Assembly: GCA_026987155.1 (NCBI GenBank)
Contig: JALSNG010000064.1
Coordinates: 1-35,383 of the forward strand
Length of the DNA: 35,383 nt
Origin: Thermococcus sp.
GTDB taxonomy: Archaea > Methanobacteriota_B > Thermococci > Thermococcales > Thermococcaceae
Direction of reading: 5' to 3'
The translations under genes and the position numbers were made by a program. Below the pieces are notes generated by a model. That model worked only from the letters and a program-made list of their open reading frames with translations. It ran no database searches and had not been told where the DNA came from. This document shows, in pieces, positions 18,590-27,068 of the stretch. The number at the start of each line of letters is the position of its first letter. The stretch's first letter is position 1.

Positions 18590-19280
18590 GTATCTCGTCC
18601 GTGTTGACGGTGAGGCCTCTCTCCGTAATCGCGTATGGCCGTAGGGCATCGTCGAAGTCGCTGCCCCGGAATTTTGTTATCCTTATTCCCCTCGCGACTC
18701 GTCCGTCCATCTCGAAGCGTCTCAGCTCTATAACCCCGTGCACAAGGTATTCCTCAACATCACACTTCTCCATCTCCGATGTCAGCAGGGTCGTGACCCT
18801 GAGCCTGTGCATCGTCTTTACAAACTCGAGGAAGAGCCGTCTGTACTCTATCTCTTCCTTCGTTGTCAGTTTTACCATTGTGAGGGGGTCTATGATGAGT
18901 CTATGGAAGTGAAGGCTCAGGTACTGGTTTTTGACTGTTTCCAGCATCTTGTTGAACCCTTTGGCAAAGGACTCAAACATGGAATCCATGAGCACGTAGG
19001 TGTCCGTTGAGGGTGTTGCGTCAATGAGGATGAAGTTTGGGTCGTCAAGGTTGAATCCAAGCTTTGGCATGTCCTGTCGGAGGTTCTCAACGGGTTCCTC
19101 GAGAGTTACGTAGAGGACTTTCTCCCCCCGTGCAAGGCCTGCCATTGCAAAATGCATGGCTAAGGTTGTTTTCCCTGTTCCCGGTGCCCCTTTTACAAGG
19201 TACACTCTCCCTGGAATAAGCCCCCCGTGGAGCATTTCATCGAGCCCTGGAACTCCAGTGGAGATTCTTACCTCGCTCAT
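18576..19280 (-). CDS. KaiC-like (RAD55/RecA-superfamily) ATPase, single domain
   Basis: ISTGVPGLDEML, Walker A GAPGTGKT, YVTLEE, Walker B LIIDP, KFRG. ATG at 19280 behind GGGGTG. Confidence 0.9.
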   Translation of the reverse strand: MSEVRISTGVPGLDEMLHGGLIPGRVYLVKGAPGTGKTTLAMHFAMAGLARGEKVLYVTLEEPVENLRQDMPKLGFNLDDPNFILIDATPSTDTYVLMDSMFESFAKGFNKMLETVKNQYLSLHFHRLIIDPLTMVKLTTKEEIEYRRLFLEFVKTMHRLRVTTLLTSEMEKCDVEEYLVHGVIELRRFEMDGRVARGIRITKFRGSDFDDALRPYAITERGLTVNTDEILRVF

Positions 19281-19395
19281 TTCGCACCCCATAACCCTAT
19301 TGCGGTCGGGGGTTAATAAACTTTCGAAACCTGTCGAACCAACTCGTTTGGAGCCCTCCCCCCGAGCCGATTGGGGGCATAAAAAGTTGGAAGAC

Positions 19396-21240
19396 TTAAC
19401 CAAGTGCTTTAATAATGAACGCGAGCAAGTCAGTCAATTCCTTCGCCCTCGTTTCCGGCGAGGCACCCATGTGGCCGCTCTTCGTCTCAACGCGGAGGTA
19501 AACGGGGGCACCTATATCCTTCAGCCTCATGAAGAACTTGAGTGCATGTGCCGGATGCACACGGTCGTCATGTAAACCCGTGTAGATGAGCGTCGGCGGA
19601 TACTTCTGCTTTTTCACGTTGTGGTAGGGGCTGTATCTCAGCAGAAACTCCCTGTCCTTTGGGTCGTCGGGGTTTCCGTATTCGGGAATCCAGACGCTCC
19701 CGATGTATAGTCTGTGGAAGCGCATCATATCTATGACGGGGTAGCCTATCAGCGCCGCATCCATTACATCCGGCCTCTGGGTTAGTGTCGCCGAGACGAG
19801 CAACCCACCGTTGCTCCTGCCCCAGGCGGCAACCTTGTAGCCCTCGGCCTTGAGCTTGCCGAGAACCGCTATGAAATCGTCGAAGACATTCCCTTTGTTC
19901 TCCCTCATTCCGGCGCGGTGCCACTCCTCGCCGTACTCGGAACCGCCACGGAGGTTGGCCATGGCAAAGGTTCCGCCGCGCTTTATGAACGGGATTACCT
20001 GCGGGAAGAACCTCGGCGTTAGCGAGATGTTGAAGCCGCCGTAGCCGAAGACCCACGCCTTCTTCTCATCTCTGGTTCCCTTAACGAGGAAGTAGTGAAC
20101 CCTCGTCCCGTCTTTGGAGACGGCAAAGTCCTCCTCGACCCTGAAGTCCCCTTCAACTTCTTGCCCCTCTATGAGGTTGAGCTTCCCGTCAAACCCATAG
20201 AGCCTGTACGGGACGGTAAAGCTCTCGTAACGGAGTAAAGCTCTCTTCCCATCGGCATCGAGCGGGTAGACACTCCCCGGAAGGTCAAAAGTTACTTCGT
20301 CAAGCTTTTCTCCATCGAGCGAGTAAACCTCAAGCCGGTGGCTCGCGTGGACGAGCCTGCCGGCGAGGATTTTGTTAGCCACTATAACCGCCCACTCCAG
20401 AGGAAATTCCCTTTCAGGGATGATCTCGGTAACTTCGCCGTCTTCTACCGTTATAACCTTTCCGAGGCCCTTTCCTTCCTTCGTGAGGACGTAGAGCTTT
20501 CCGTCGACCACGTCAATCGGCTCCGCCGGAACCTCCGCCGAATAGGCCTTCTTCCACATTTCCGGCTCCTCAATCGGCCCGACGTATATCTCCGCCCTGT
20601 TCCAGCCGAAGGTCACGGTTACCATCGCCATCTTTCCGTCGGTGCTCTTCCCCAGCGAGATGAAGTAGCCGGAGCCGAGGCCTTCGCCGAAGACCATCCT
20701 TTCCTCGCCGTCCTTCCAGAAGAGCCTCATCGCTGGAGCCTTAACGCCATCGGGCGTTTCACCGTGCCGGTAGAAGCGGGAGAAATAGTATCCATCCTTG
20801 AGGAATGTCACGTTCCAGACCGAGGGCTTGAACTCATCGATTAACTCCCCGGTTTTGAGGTCTACGATTCTCGTTATCCCCTCGTCGGCGCCGCCTATTG
20901 AAAAACTGTAAGCCAGGAACCTTCCCTTTTCATCGGCTGTGAAGCCCTGAATCAGAACCTCGTCGCTGAGCTCCTCCTCAAGGGCCGTGGAGTCGACTAT
21001 AACCTCTCCACCGAGCCACCTGATGAGCTGTCTATCCCTCTCCTTGTACATTGCTATGGTGCCCTTCTCGGTGAGCTTTGCGCCGTAGAGGGCCGGCATC
21101 GAATAGTACTCCCATACCTCGGGGAACAGTTCGTCGCTGAGGCTTCCTACGAACTCCCTGAAGCGAGCATTCTCCTCCTCGACGAGCTTAAGAACGCGTT
21201 CATCTTCGAGGTTCTCCATCCATGCGTATGGATCCTCCAT
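19396..21240 (-). CDS. Prolyl oligopeptidase (S9A)
   Basis: MEDPYAWME, YGGF, NLRGGSEYGEEWH, and catalytic GRSNGG / DDRV / SGH; 614 aa. Confidence 0.95.
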   Translation of the reverse strand: MEDPYAWMENLEDERVLKLVEEENARFREFVGSLSDELFPEVWEYYSMPALYGAKLTEKGTIAMYKERDRQLIRWLGGEVIVDSTALEEELSDEVLIQGFTADEKGRFLAYSFSIGGADEGITRIVDLKTGELIDEFKPSVWNVTFLKDGYYFSRFYRHGETPDGVKAPAMRLFWKDGEERMVFGEGLGSGYFISLGKSTDGKMAMVTVTFGWNRAEIYVGPIEEPEMWKKAYSAEVPAEPIDVVDGKLYVLTKEGKGLGKVITVEDGEVTEIIPEREFPLEWAVIVANKILAGRLVHASHRLEVYSLDGEKLDEVTFDLPGSVYPLDADGKRALLRYESFTVPYRLYGFDGKLNLIEGQEVEGDFRVEEDFAVSKDGTRVHYFLVKGTRDEKKAWVFGYGGFNISLTPRFFPQVIPFIKRGGTFAMANLRGGSEYGEEWHRAGMRENKGNVFDDFIAVLGKLKAEGYKVAAWGRSNGGLLVSATLTQRPDVMDAALIGYPVIDMMRFHRLYIGSVWIPEYGNPDDPKDREFLLRYSPYHNVKKQKYPPTLIYTGLHDDRVHPAHALKFFMRLKDIGAPVYLRVETKSGHMGASPETRAKELTDLLAFIIKALG

Positions 21241-21334
21241 AAAACCACCGTCTTAACGTTGAAGCTGAGGGTAAAAAGAATTTGTTCCAGAAATGGATGA
21301 TAATGCTCTTATTTACAAACTTTTGGGATGGGGG

Positions 21335-21979
21335 TCAAAGCTCCCAGAGGGTTACGGAAATCCTCTTCCCGACCTCAATCTCAGCGTAATACCCCCTGAA
21401 GAGCGGACCCGGGTTCACCACTGTTGTGCGGCCGATTCTCTCAATGCATCTCGCTTCATGGATGTGACCGACGACAACGAGGGACGGTGCCCTTTTCATA
21501 ATGAACTCCTTTAACGCTCTGCTTCCAACGTGAAGGCCAGAATGGGTGAGGTCCGCACACGTGTGGTGGGGCGGAACGTGAGAGAGGATGACATCCCCCT
21601 CTTGGTAGTTTCTCTCAAGGACCCGTGCTATCTCATCCTCCTCAAGCTCCCAAATCGTGTGGAATGGGGTTATGTTGGAACCCCCAATTCCCACCACGCC
21701 CATACCGTTGATCTGCACTCTCCTGTTGTGGGCTGAGATTCCAAGGCGTTCGAGGAGCTCTGGAACGTCCTTTCCATCGCAGTTGCCGTGGACTGCCACG
21801 ATCCTAATCCCGGTGTCGAGAAGGGGCGCCAGAACGTTTTCTGCACTCTTGCTATCTGAGAAGTGGGTAATGTCCCCTGCAATGAGAATAGCATCTGGGG
21901 TCTCCTTTATACCCTCTACAAGGCGCTTTACGGCTTTCTTATTGCCGTGAATATCGGTAACGGCCACTATTCTCATCAA
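21335..21979 (-). CDS. Calcineurin-like metallophosphoesterase
   Basis: DIHG, AGD, GNCD, SHVPP, GHIHE and NPG motifs. Confidence 0.9.
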   Translation of the reverse strand: MMRIVAVTDIHGNKKAVKRLVEGIKETPDAILIAGDITHFSDSKSAENVLAPLLDTGIRIVAVHGNCDGKDVPELLERLGISAHNRRVQINGMGVVGIGGSNITPFHTIWELEEDEIARVLERNYQEGDVILSHVPPHHTCADLTHSGLHVGSRALKEFIMKRAPSLVVVGHIHEARCIERIGRTTVVNPGPLFRGYYAEIEVGKRISVTLWEL

Positions 21980-21981
21980 TC

Positions 21982-22542
21982 TCAGCCCCCTTCGTTCTGG
22001 CCATGACGTCCTATGTGGAGATATTCAACGATCTCGTCGTAGTGCTCGGTCCAGTCGACAACGCCGACTCTTTTGGTGACTCCCTCCCTCAGCAGGCGGG
22101 TTATCTCTTCGACTACTTTCTCCGGGTTTTTACCGGTTGTGTCCACTTCAAGCACGCGCTCGTTCCTTTCAATGGCTTCAACGAGAATGAGGTCAATTAA
22201 CTCCGCCTCAACGTTGTCCGCCACTTTGGATGGGCTGTACCCCCTGTTCCTCAGTCTCTCACCGAGGATTCTTGGGTCCGCCCTGAGAACTATAACGATA
22301 TCCGCGGGGATTAGGTGGCTCAGATGGCCATCAACGATCACTCTCTTCTTTCTCAGCATCGATTCGGCCACTTCGGGCAGTCTCTCAACGTCGATTTCGA
22401 GCTCCTCTCCAATGGGTTCTGCAATGCCGGCGGAGATGGCAAGTTCCTTTAAGTCCACGTACTCGTAGCCGAGTCTTTCCGCCAAAAGCTTTGAGACCGT
22501 GGTTTTCCCGACCCCGGGTGTTCCACTGACGGCTATTATCAT
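21982..22542 (-). CDS. Adenylate kinase, AK6/Fap7 family
   Basis: GTPGVGKTT, IVDGH (hhDxH), and LRNRGYSPSKVADN lid. Confidence 0.88.
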   Translation of the reverse strand: MIIAVSGTPGVGKTTVSKLLAERLGYEYVDLKELAISAGIAEPIGEELEIDVERLPEVAESMLRKKRVIVDGHLSHLIPADIVIVLRADPRILGERLRNRGYSPSKVADNVEAELIDLILVEAIERNERVLEVDTTGKNPEKVVEEITRLLREGVTKRVGVVDWTEHYDEIVEYLHIGRHGQNEGG

Positions 22543-22671
22543 GGTGTTCCCTTTAGACCCACTGCTTTCGGAGTTTATTATCCTTTTTCATCGGCTATTG
22601 ACGAATGTACATGTAGCATTCATCGAAAAGCTTTTAAAGAGGGAATGCGTTACAGTCTCAGGTGACACGAA

Positions 22672-22893
22672 ATGGAGAGGTTGAAATCCACGCTTCTTCA
22701 GAAGCGCCTCCAGGTGGTCAAGAAGAGGAAGGAAGTACTTGCCCTTGAGGAGGCCAAGCTCGTTAGACTTGCCAGGCAGAAGAAAGAGAGTGCAGTCAAA
22801 CTCGCGAAGGTCAAGAAGGAGAGGTTCGCGGTCATGGCTGAAGAGGCCAAGCTCCTGAGGATTCTCAAGCAGCGGGGTTATTCGGTGGTTTGA
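22672..22893 (+). CDS. Small basic coiled-coil protein with internal duplication (hypothetical)
   Basis: AGGTGA RBS and BRE/TATA (CGAAAAGCTTTTAAA) upstream; fills the gap between adk and mat. Confidence 0.75.
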   Translation: MERLKSTLLQKRLQVVKKRKEVLALEEAKLVRLARQKKESAVKLAKVKKERFAVMAEEAKLLRILKQRGYSVV

Positions 22894-22908
22894 GAAAAAG
22901 AGGAAAAC

Positions 22909-24126
22909 TCAAAAGACGTTGAGCTTGTCTTCAAGTATCATCTTCTGTATTTTCGTTATGTTTTCGAGCCAACTGTCGGCTATCTCGTAGGCCGGTTTCT
23001 GGAGCATGTCGAGGCTGTAGCCTTTCTTCGGGATTACCTGAACGCTTGCAACGAGGGGCTCATCTATTGGCTTTCCAATCTGGCTGAGTATCCTCACGTA
23101 GACCTCTTCCACCCCTTCAACCTGTTCTGCTATATCGTTGGCGATGAGCATCGAGAGAAGGTTGTATATCTTTCCAACGTGGCTGACCGGATTTTTGCCG
23201 GCGGCGGCTTCCATGCTCATGTGTCTGTTTGGCGTTATCAGACCGTTAACGCGGTTACCCCTTCCGACTGAACCGTCATCACCCGCCTCGGCACTCGTTC
23301 CGGTGACGGTTATGTAGTATATGCCCTTATTCGGGTCGTCGGCTGTGTTGACGTAAACCTTTACCTCCCTGTTGCTGTGTTCCTCAGCGACCCCTTTAGC
23401 GGCCTCGTATATAGCCTCTTTCACGGCCATGTAGTCGTCGGGAGTCTGAACCTCGCTGTCAACTATGGCGGCCGCTATGGTGATGTCTATCTCCTCACCC
23501 TTCCTAAGGCCCATAACCTTGATGTCCTCTCCAACCGCCGGCCACTTTTTCTTGAATTCTTCACCGTTTAGGAGCTTCTCCGTTTCGAGGACGATTTTTT
23601 CCGTCTCGCTGAGGGGAGCGTAGCCAACTCCAAACGAAGTGTCGTTGGCGAGGGGAATTGGGTTCTCTTTGGCCTTGTTAAAAACCCCGACGAGGTCAAC
23701 GCTGCCCTGCCCTATGCGGGAGTCGATAACAACATCGTTTTCAAGGTCGAGGTGTCTGACGGCTTTTTTCAGATAATCCCGGGCCGCCTTTATCGCCACT
23801 TCGTGAACTGGGAAAAACTCCCTGTCCACCATTTCAACTGCCCTACCAGAAAGGAGGATGTATATCGGCTTGATGACCTCTCCACCACCGAACTGTGGGT
23901 AGGCCCTGCCCCCAACGACCTCCACCTGGTCGGTGTTGTGGTGAAGGATTATTCCGTACCTCTTCAGGTACTCTCTGCTGAGGGCCCTGCTGACGGCTTC
24001 GGCTATGCCATCCGCAATGCTGTCGGGATGACCTATTCCCTTTCTTTCAACGAGTTCTATCTGTTGCATCTCCACTGGAGTTCTTACGAGCTCTTCCACC
24101 ACTATATTCCTGACCTTTTCGACCAT
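22909..24126 (-). CDS. mat: Archaeal S-adenosylmethionine synthetase
   Basis: [56 protein letters not shown] precedes ATG 24126. Confidence 0.96.
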   Translation of the reverse strand: MVEKVRNIVVEELVRTPVEMQQIELVERKGIGHPDSIADGIAEAVSRALSREYLKRYGIILHHNTDQVEVVGGRAYPQFGGGEVIKPIYILLSGRAVEMVDREFFPVHEVAIKAARDYLKKAVRHLDLENDVVIDSRIGQGSVDLVGVFNKAKENPIPLANDTSFGVGYAPLSETEKIVLETEKLLNGEEFKKKWPAVGEDIKVMGLRKGEEIDITIAAAIVDSEVQTPDDYMAVKEAIYEAAKGVAEEHSNREVKVYVNTADDPNKGIYYITVTGTSAEAGDDGSVGRGNRVNGLITPNRHMSMEAAAGKNPVSHVGKIYNLLSMLIANDIAEQVEGVEEVYVRILSQIGKPIDEPLVASVQVIPKKGYSLDMLQKPAYEIADSWLENITKIQKMILEDKLNVF

Positions 24127-24262
24127 GATCATCACCTCCGGGAAAACTGGGTTGGGTACGCTCCAGGTCTTATATACCTTTCGGGCATGAAAACGAACTT
24201 TTCATATTCCTCTCAGGAATAAATTCCAGAACCCTTATATTCTGTCCTGAAAAAATTTCAGA

Positions 24263-24407
24263 AGAGTGCCCGGTTTCCCAAACTCTGGAGCGGGCTCTCT
24301 ACCATCGATGAAGATTTTGATGATCCCAGAAGTCCAGAGTCGCCTTATTCGAACCGCCGAAGCGGGCTGATGGCCTGCGGTGAGAGATGAGTTGAGCCCA
24401 CATTTTT
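24263..24407 (+). ncRNA. Structured non-coding RNA or leader upstream of translin (possibly the Thermococcales SscA family)
   Basis: TTATAT box at 24235-24240. Stems at 24263-72/24291-300, 24282-89/24333-40, 24354-57/24362-65 and 24364-68/24395-99, then ACA and T5. The SscA assignment is from memory only. Confidence 0.55.
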
Positions 24408-24441
24408 AAGCTTTACCTGCATTCTTTCAAAGGGTGAGCCC

Positions 24442-25080
24442 ATGGAAATTGGAGCAATAATCGAGGAAATAAAGGGAGTTCTCGATGAGAAGGACGCACT
24501 TAGAGAGGAGGCCCTCAAGCTCACGAGGGAGATAATCCGCCTTAGCGGGGACACCGTTAAGGCCGTTCACAGGGGTGACTTTGAACACGCCCAGAAACGA
24601 CTTGATGACACTGGAAAAATGGTTAGAGAGCTGAGAGAAAAGCTCGCCTCTCATCCCGACCTTTACTACACCGGCTACGTCCAGAGCGCTCATCAGGAGT
24701 ACGTGGAGGCGACACTTCTCCTCCACTACGTTTTGGGAGAGTCATTCCCGAGGCCGGAGGAGCTTGGAGTCCCAGCGGCCGACTACGCCATGGGAATTGG
24801 CGACTTCTTGGGGGAGCTGAGGAGGTACTTTCTGAGGTTGCTGATAGCGGGGAAGATTAAGGCCGCTGAGAATGTTTACAGGGACATGGAAGAAATCTAC
24901 AGCGCCCTGATGGAACTCGAATATCCCAAAGGGCTCCTAAACATCAGGGTAAAGCAGGATCAGGCGAGACATGCGGTGGAGAGAACCCTTGAGGATCTTA
25001 CAAGGGCAAAGCTTAATAGTGAGCTTTCGGAAAGGCTTGAGACCACGCTTGAAACACTGAAAGCACTGAAGGGAGATTAG
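24442..25080 (+). CDS. Translin/Trax (C3PO) family RNA-binding protein or ribonuclease
   Basis: REEALKLTREI, QEYVEA and GIGDFLGELRR, with the Trax-type acidic residues present. Confidence 0.9.
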   Translation: MEIGAIIEEIKGVLDEKDALREEALKLTREIIRLSGDTVKAVHRGDFEHAQKRLDDTGKMVRELREKLASHPDLYYTGYVQSAHQEYVEATLLLHYVLGESFPRPEELGVPAADYAMGIGDFLGELRRYFLRLLIAGKIKAAENVYRDMEEIYSALMELEYPKGLLNIRVKQDQARHAVERTLEDLTRAKLNSELSERLETTLETLKALKGD

Positions 25081-25662
25081 ATGTTCCAGGAGGATGAGCT
25101 TGAAGTCAAACTCAAACGCATATCGGAACTTCAGGTCCGTCTTTCATATCTAATCAAGGAGGTCCCCTTGCGGGTTGAAGACGTCGATCTCGTGGCGGGG
25201 GTAGATGTTTCTTACAAAAATGGAACGGCTTTTGCAGTTGCCGTCCTCTGCAGGTTCCCTGGATGTGAGGTGGAGGTGGAGAGGCGAATTTCAGTTGAAA
25301 CACCCTTTCCATACGTTCCCACTTTCTTCTTTCTCAGGGAGACACGTCCTATTCTGCTGGCACTCAGGGGAGTGGACTTCGACGTTCTTTTCGTTGAGGG
25401 TCATGGGAAGGCTCATCCGAGGGGATACGGGCTTGCATCTCACGTGGGGCTTCTCCTGAATAAGCCGACTGTGGGCATCGCCAAGGCACTCCTGAAGGGG
25501 ACTCCGCCGGACACCTACAGGAAGGTGGGAAAAGCTTATGTAAGCGTTGGGCATCTCATAGACTTAGACTCGGCGGTCGAGTTAACGTCCCTGACACTTG
25601 AAAACGGCTATCCTATACCTCTGAGACTCGCGGATAAGCTTTCAAAGGAGGAATGGACTTGA
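25081..25662 (+). CDS. nfi: Endonuclease V
   Basis: [46 protein letters not shown] and LRLADK motifs. Confidence 0.92.
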   Translation: MFQEDELEVKLKRISELQVRLSYLIKEVPLRVEDVDLVAGVDVSYKNGTAFAVAVLCRFPGCEVEVERRISVETPFPYVPTFFFLRETRPILLALRGVDFDVLFVEGHGKAHPRGYGLASHVGLLLNKPTVGIAKALLKGTPPDTYRKVGKAYVSVGHLIDLDSAVELTSLTLENGYPIPLRLADKLSKEEWT

Positions 25663-26294
25663 AGAAGATTATGTTACTTACTCTCCTTGCCAAAAGGAGG
25701 GCGGGAGCGGAGAAAGTTAGGGTAACGATGAGGGGACTCGCAGAGGAACTTGGAACGTCTCCCCAGTCAGTTTTGAGGCTCCTTGATGAGCTTGAAGGGG
25801 AGGGGTTGATAAAGAAGGAGATCGTCGGGAGGAAAACCTGGGTGGCCCTGAGTGAAGACGGGCTGAGGTTCCTTGAGGGTCTCTGCGACTCCATATCCGA
25901 GGCGATATACAACGGCCTTATCCTTGGAGAAGTTGTTTCCGGCATCGGTGAAGGCGCCTACTACGTCAGGCAGTACGCTCCTCTAATCAGGGAGTACCTC
26001 GGGTTTGACCCCTACCCCGGAACCCTCAACCTAAAAGTGCTGTTTCCGAAGGTTGTTTTTGATGCACTCTGCGGCGTGCGCCCCGTGATCCTTCCGGGTT
26101 TCGTCAAGGAGGGAAGGACCTTTGGGGACGTGAGGGCTTACCGGGTTATCATAGGTGGGGTGGAGGGGGCCATAGTGGTGCCCTCAAGAACTATTCATCC
26201 ACCCAAAATAGCCGAGATAGTGGCTCCGGTAAATCTGCGGGAAAAGCTCGGTTTAAGGGACGGTTCAAGGGTCAGGGTGAGGGTTGTGAAATGA
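25653..26294 (+). CDS. ribK: CTP-dependent riboflavin kinase with N-terminal HTH (RbkR-type)
   Basis: HTH ([14 protein letters not shown]), [29 protein letters not shown]. Confidence 0.92.
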   Translation: MDLKKIMLLTLLAKRRAGAEKVRVTMRGLAEELGTSPQSVLRLLDELEGEGLIKKEIVGRKTWVALSEDGLRFLEGLCDSISEAIYNGLILGEVVSGIGEGAYYVRQYAPLIREYLGFDPYPGTLNLKVLFPKVVFDALCGVRPVILPGFVKEGRTFGDVRAYRVIIGGVEGAIVVPSRTIHPPKIAEIVAPVNLREKLGLRDGSRVRVRVVK

Positions 26295-26824
26295 GGGGGC
26301 TGAACGATGCCCTCTTGATGTCGGGGGTTGGCTCTTTCGTGGGTTTTCTCGTTGCTGTTCTCCTCTACGAGCCATTAAAGAACGAGTCGATGGTGTATTT
26401 GATACCCGTGGGTTTGTTAATCGGCCTTTTTCTCTCGGGGAAACTCAAACTCGGTTTCAGGGCTTCTCCGTACGCCTTTCCCCTTGGTATTTTGGTGGCA
26501 CTGCTTCTCGTTTTTCTTTGGGTACCCTCGACAAGCTTAATGCCTCTTTACCTTGCTCTGGGAGTTACCGTGGGTGCCATGCTCTACCTTCGCCCCTCGA
26601 ACCTGTGGGATTCATTCCTCGTTCCGATTACCTACATCGGGGGATTCGTCCTTGTGATGCTCCTCGTGAAGAACTATCCTCCGGTGAGAGAGAACGAATA
26701 CGCCGTTCCCGTTCTATTTTCCGTTGCAGGGAGTGGGGCAGTGTTGGCTTTCCTTTCGTCCCTCGCGAGATGGGGATTCGAGTTCGCAAGGAAGCTCGCA
26801 AGCTCGGGGGGAGGTAATGTTTAA
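26291..26824 (+). CDS. Hypothetical membrane protein (about 6 TM)
   Basis: Hydrophobic segments throughout; ATGA overlap with the ribK stop. Confidence 0.75.
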   Translation: MRGLNDALLMSGVGSFVGFLVAVLLYEPLKNESMVYLIPVGLLIGLFLSGKLKLGFRASPYAFPLGILVALLLVFLWVPSTSLMPLYLALGVTVGAMLYLRPSNLWDSFLVPITYIGGFVLVMLLVKNYPPVRENEYAVPVLFSVAGSGAVLAFLSSLARWGFEFARKLASSGGGNV

Positions 26825-26858
26825 ATACGTTCGTTGATAAACTGGTGCGGTGATTGAG

Positions 26859-27068
26859 ATGGTGATGAGACTCTCAAAGCTCTACGGCAAGCAGATTTAC
26901 AACACTAAGGGTTACTACGTTGGCTACGTTGATGAGGTTTTGATAGAAATTGACCGCGGTGAGGGCAGGGTTCTGGCGCTGGGCCTTCCCGGGGAAAAGG
27001 TGGGCGTGCCCTACGAGAGGGTTACCGCAATAGGAGACATAATACTCGTCAAAGCAAAAGAAGAATGA
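26859..27068 (+). CDS. PRC-barrel protein (CdpB-like cell-division factor)
   Basis: LSKLYGKQIYNTKGYYVGYVDEV...VPYERVTAIGDIILVK. Own TTTAAATA box and GGTGA RBS. Confidence 0.88.
   Translation: MVMRLSKLYGKQIYNTKGYYVGYVDEVLIEIDRGEGRVLALGLPGEKVGVPYERVTAIGDIILVKAKEE

Noticed and set aside
19281-19403. N-terminal extension of the KaiC-like ORF, or a structured RNA in this gap
   Set aside because: The extension spans the gene's own BRE/TATA and RBS, and the G/C-run hairpin is too weak to call.
24341-24376. Complete fluoride (crcB) riboswitch
   Set aside because: The 5' GGCGATG strand and pseudoknot partner are absent and there is no crcB/eriC gene; kept only as partial similarity.
24364-24402. 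Canonical H/ACA guide hairpin
   Set aside because: It has a stem plus ACA and a K-loop-like motif, but the 3' arm is too short to form a pocket at 14-16 nt from the ACA.
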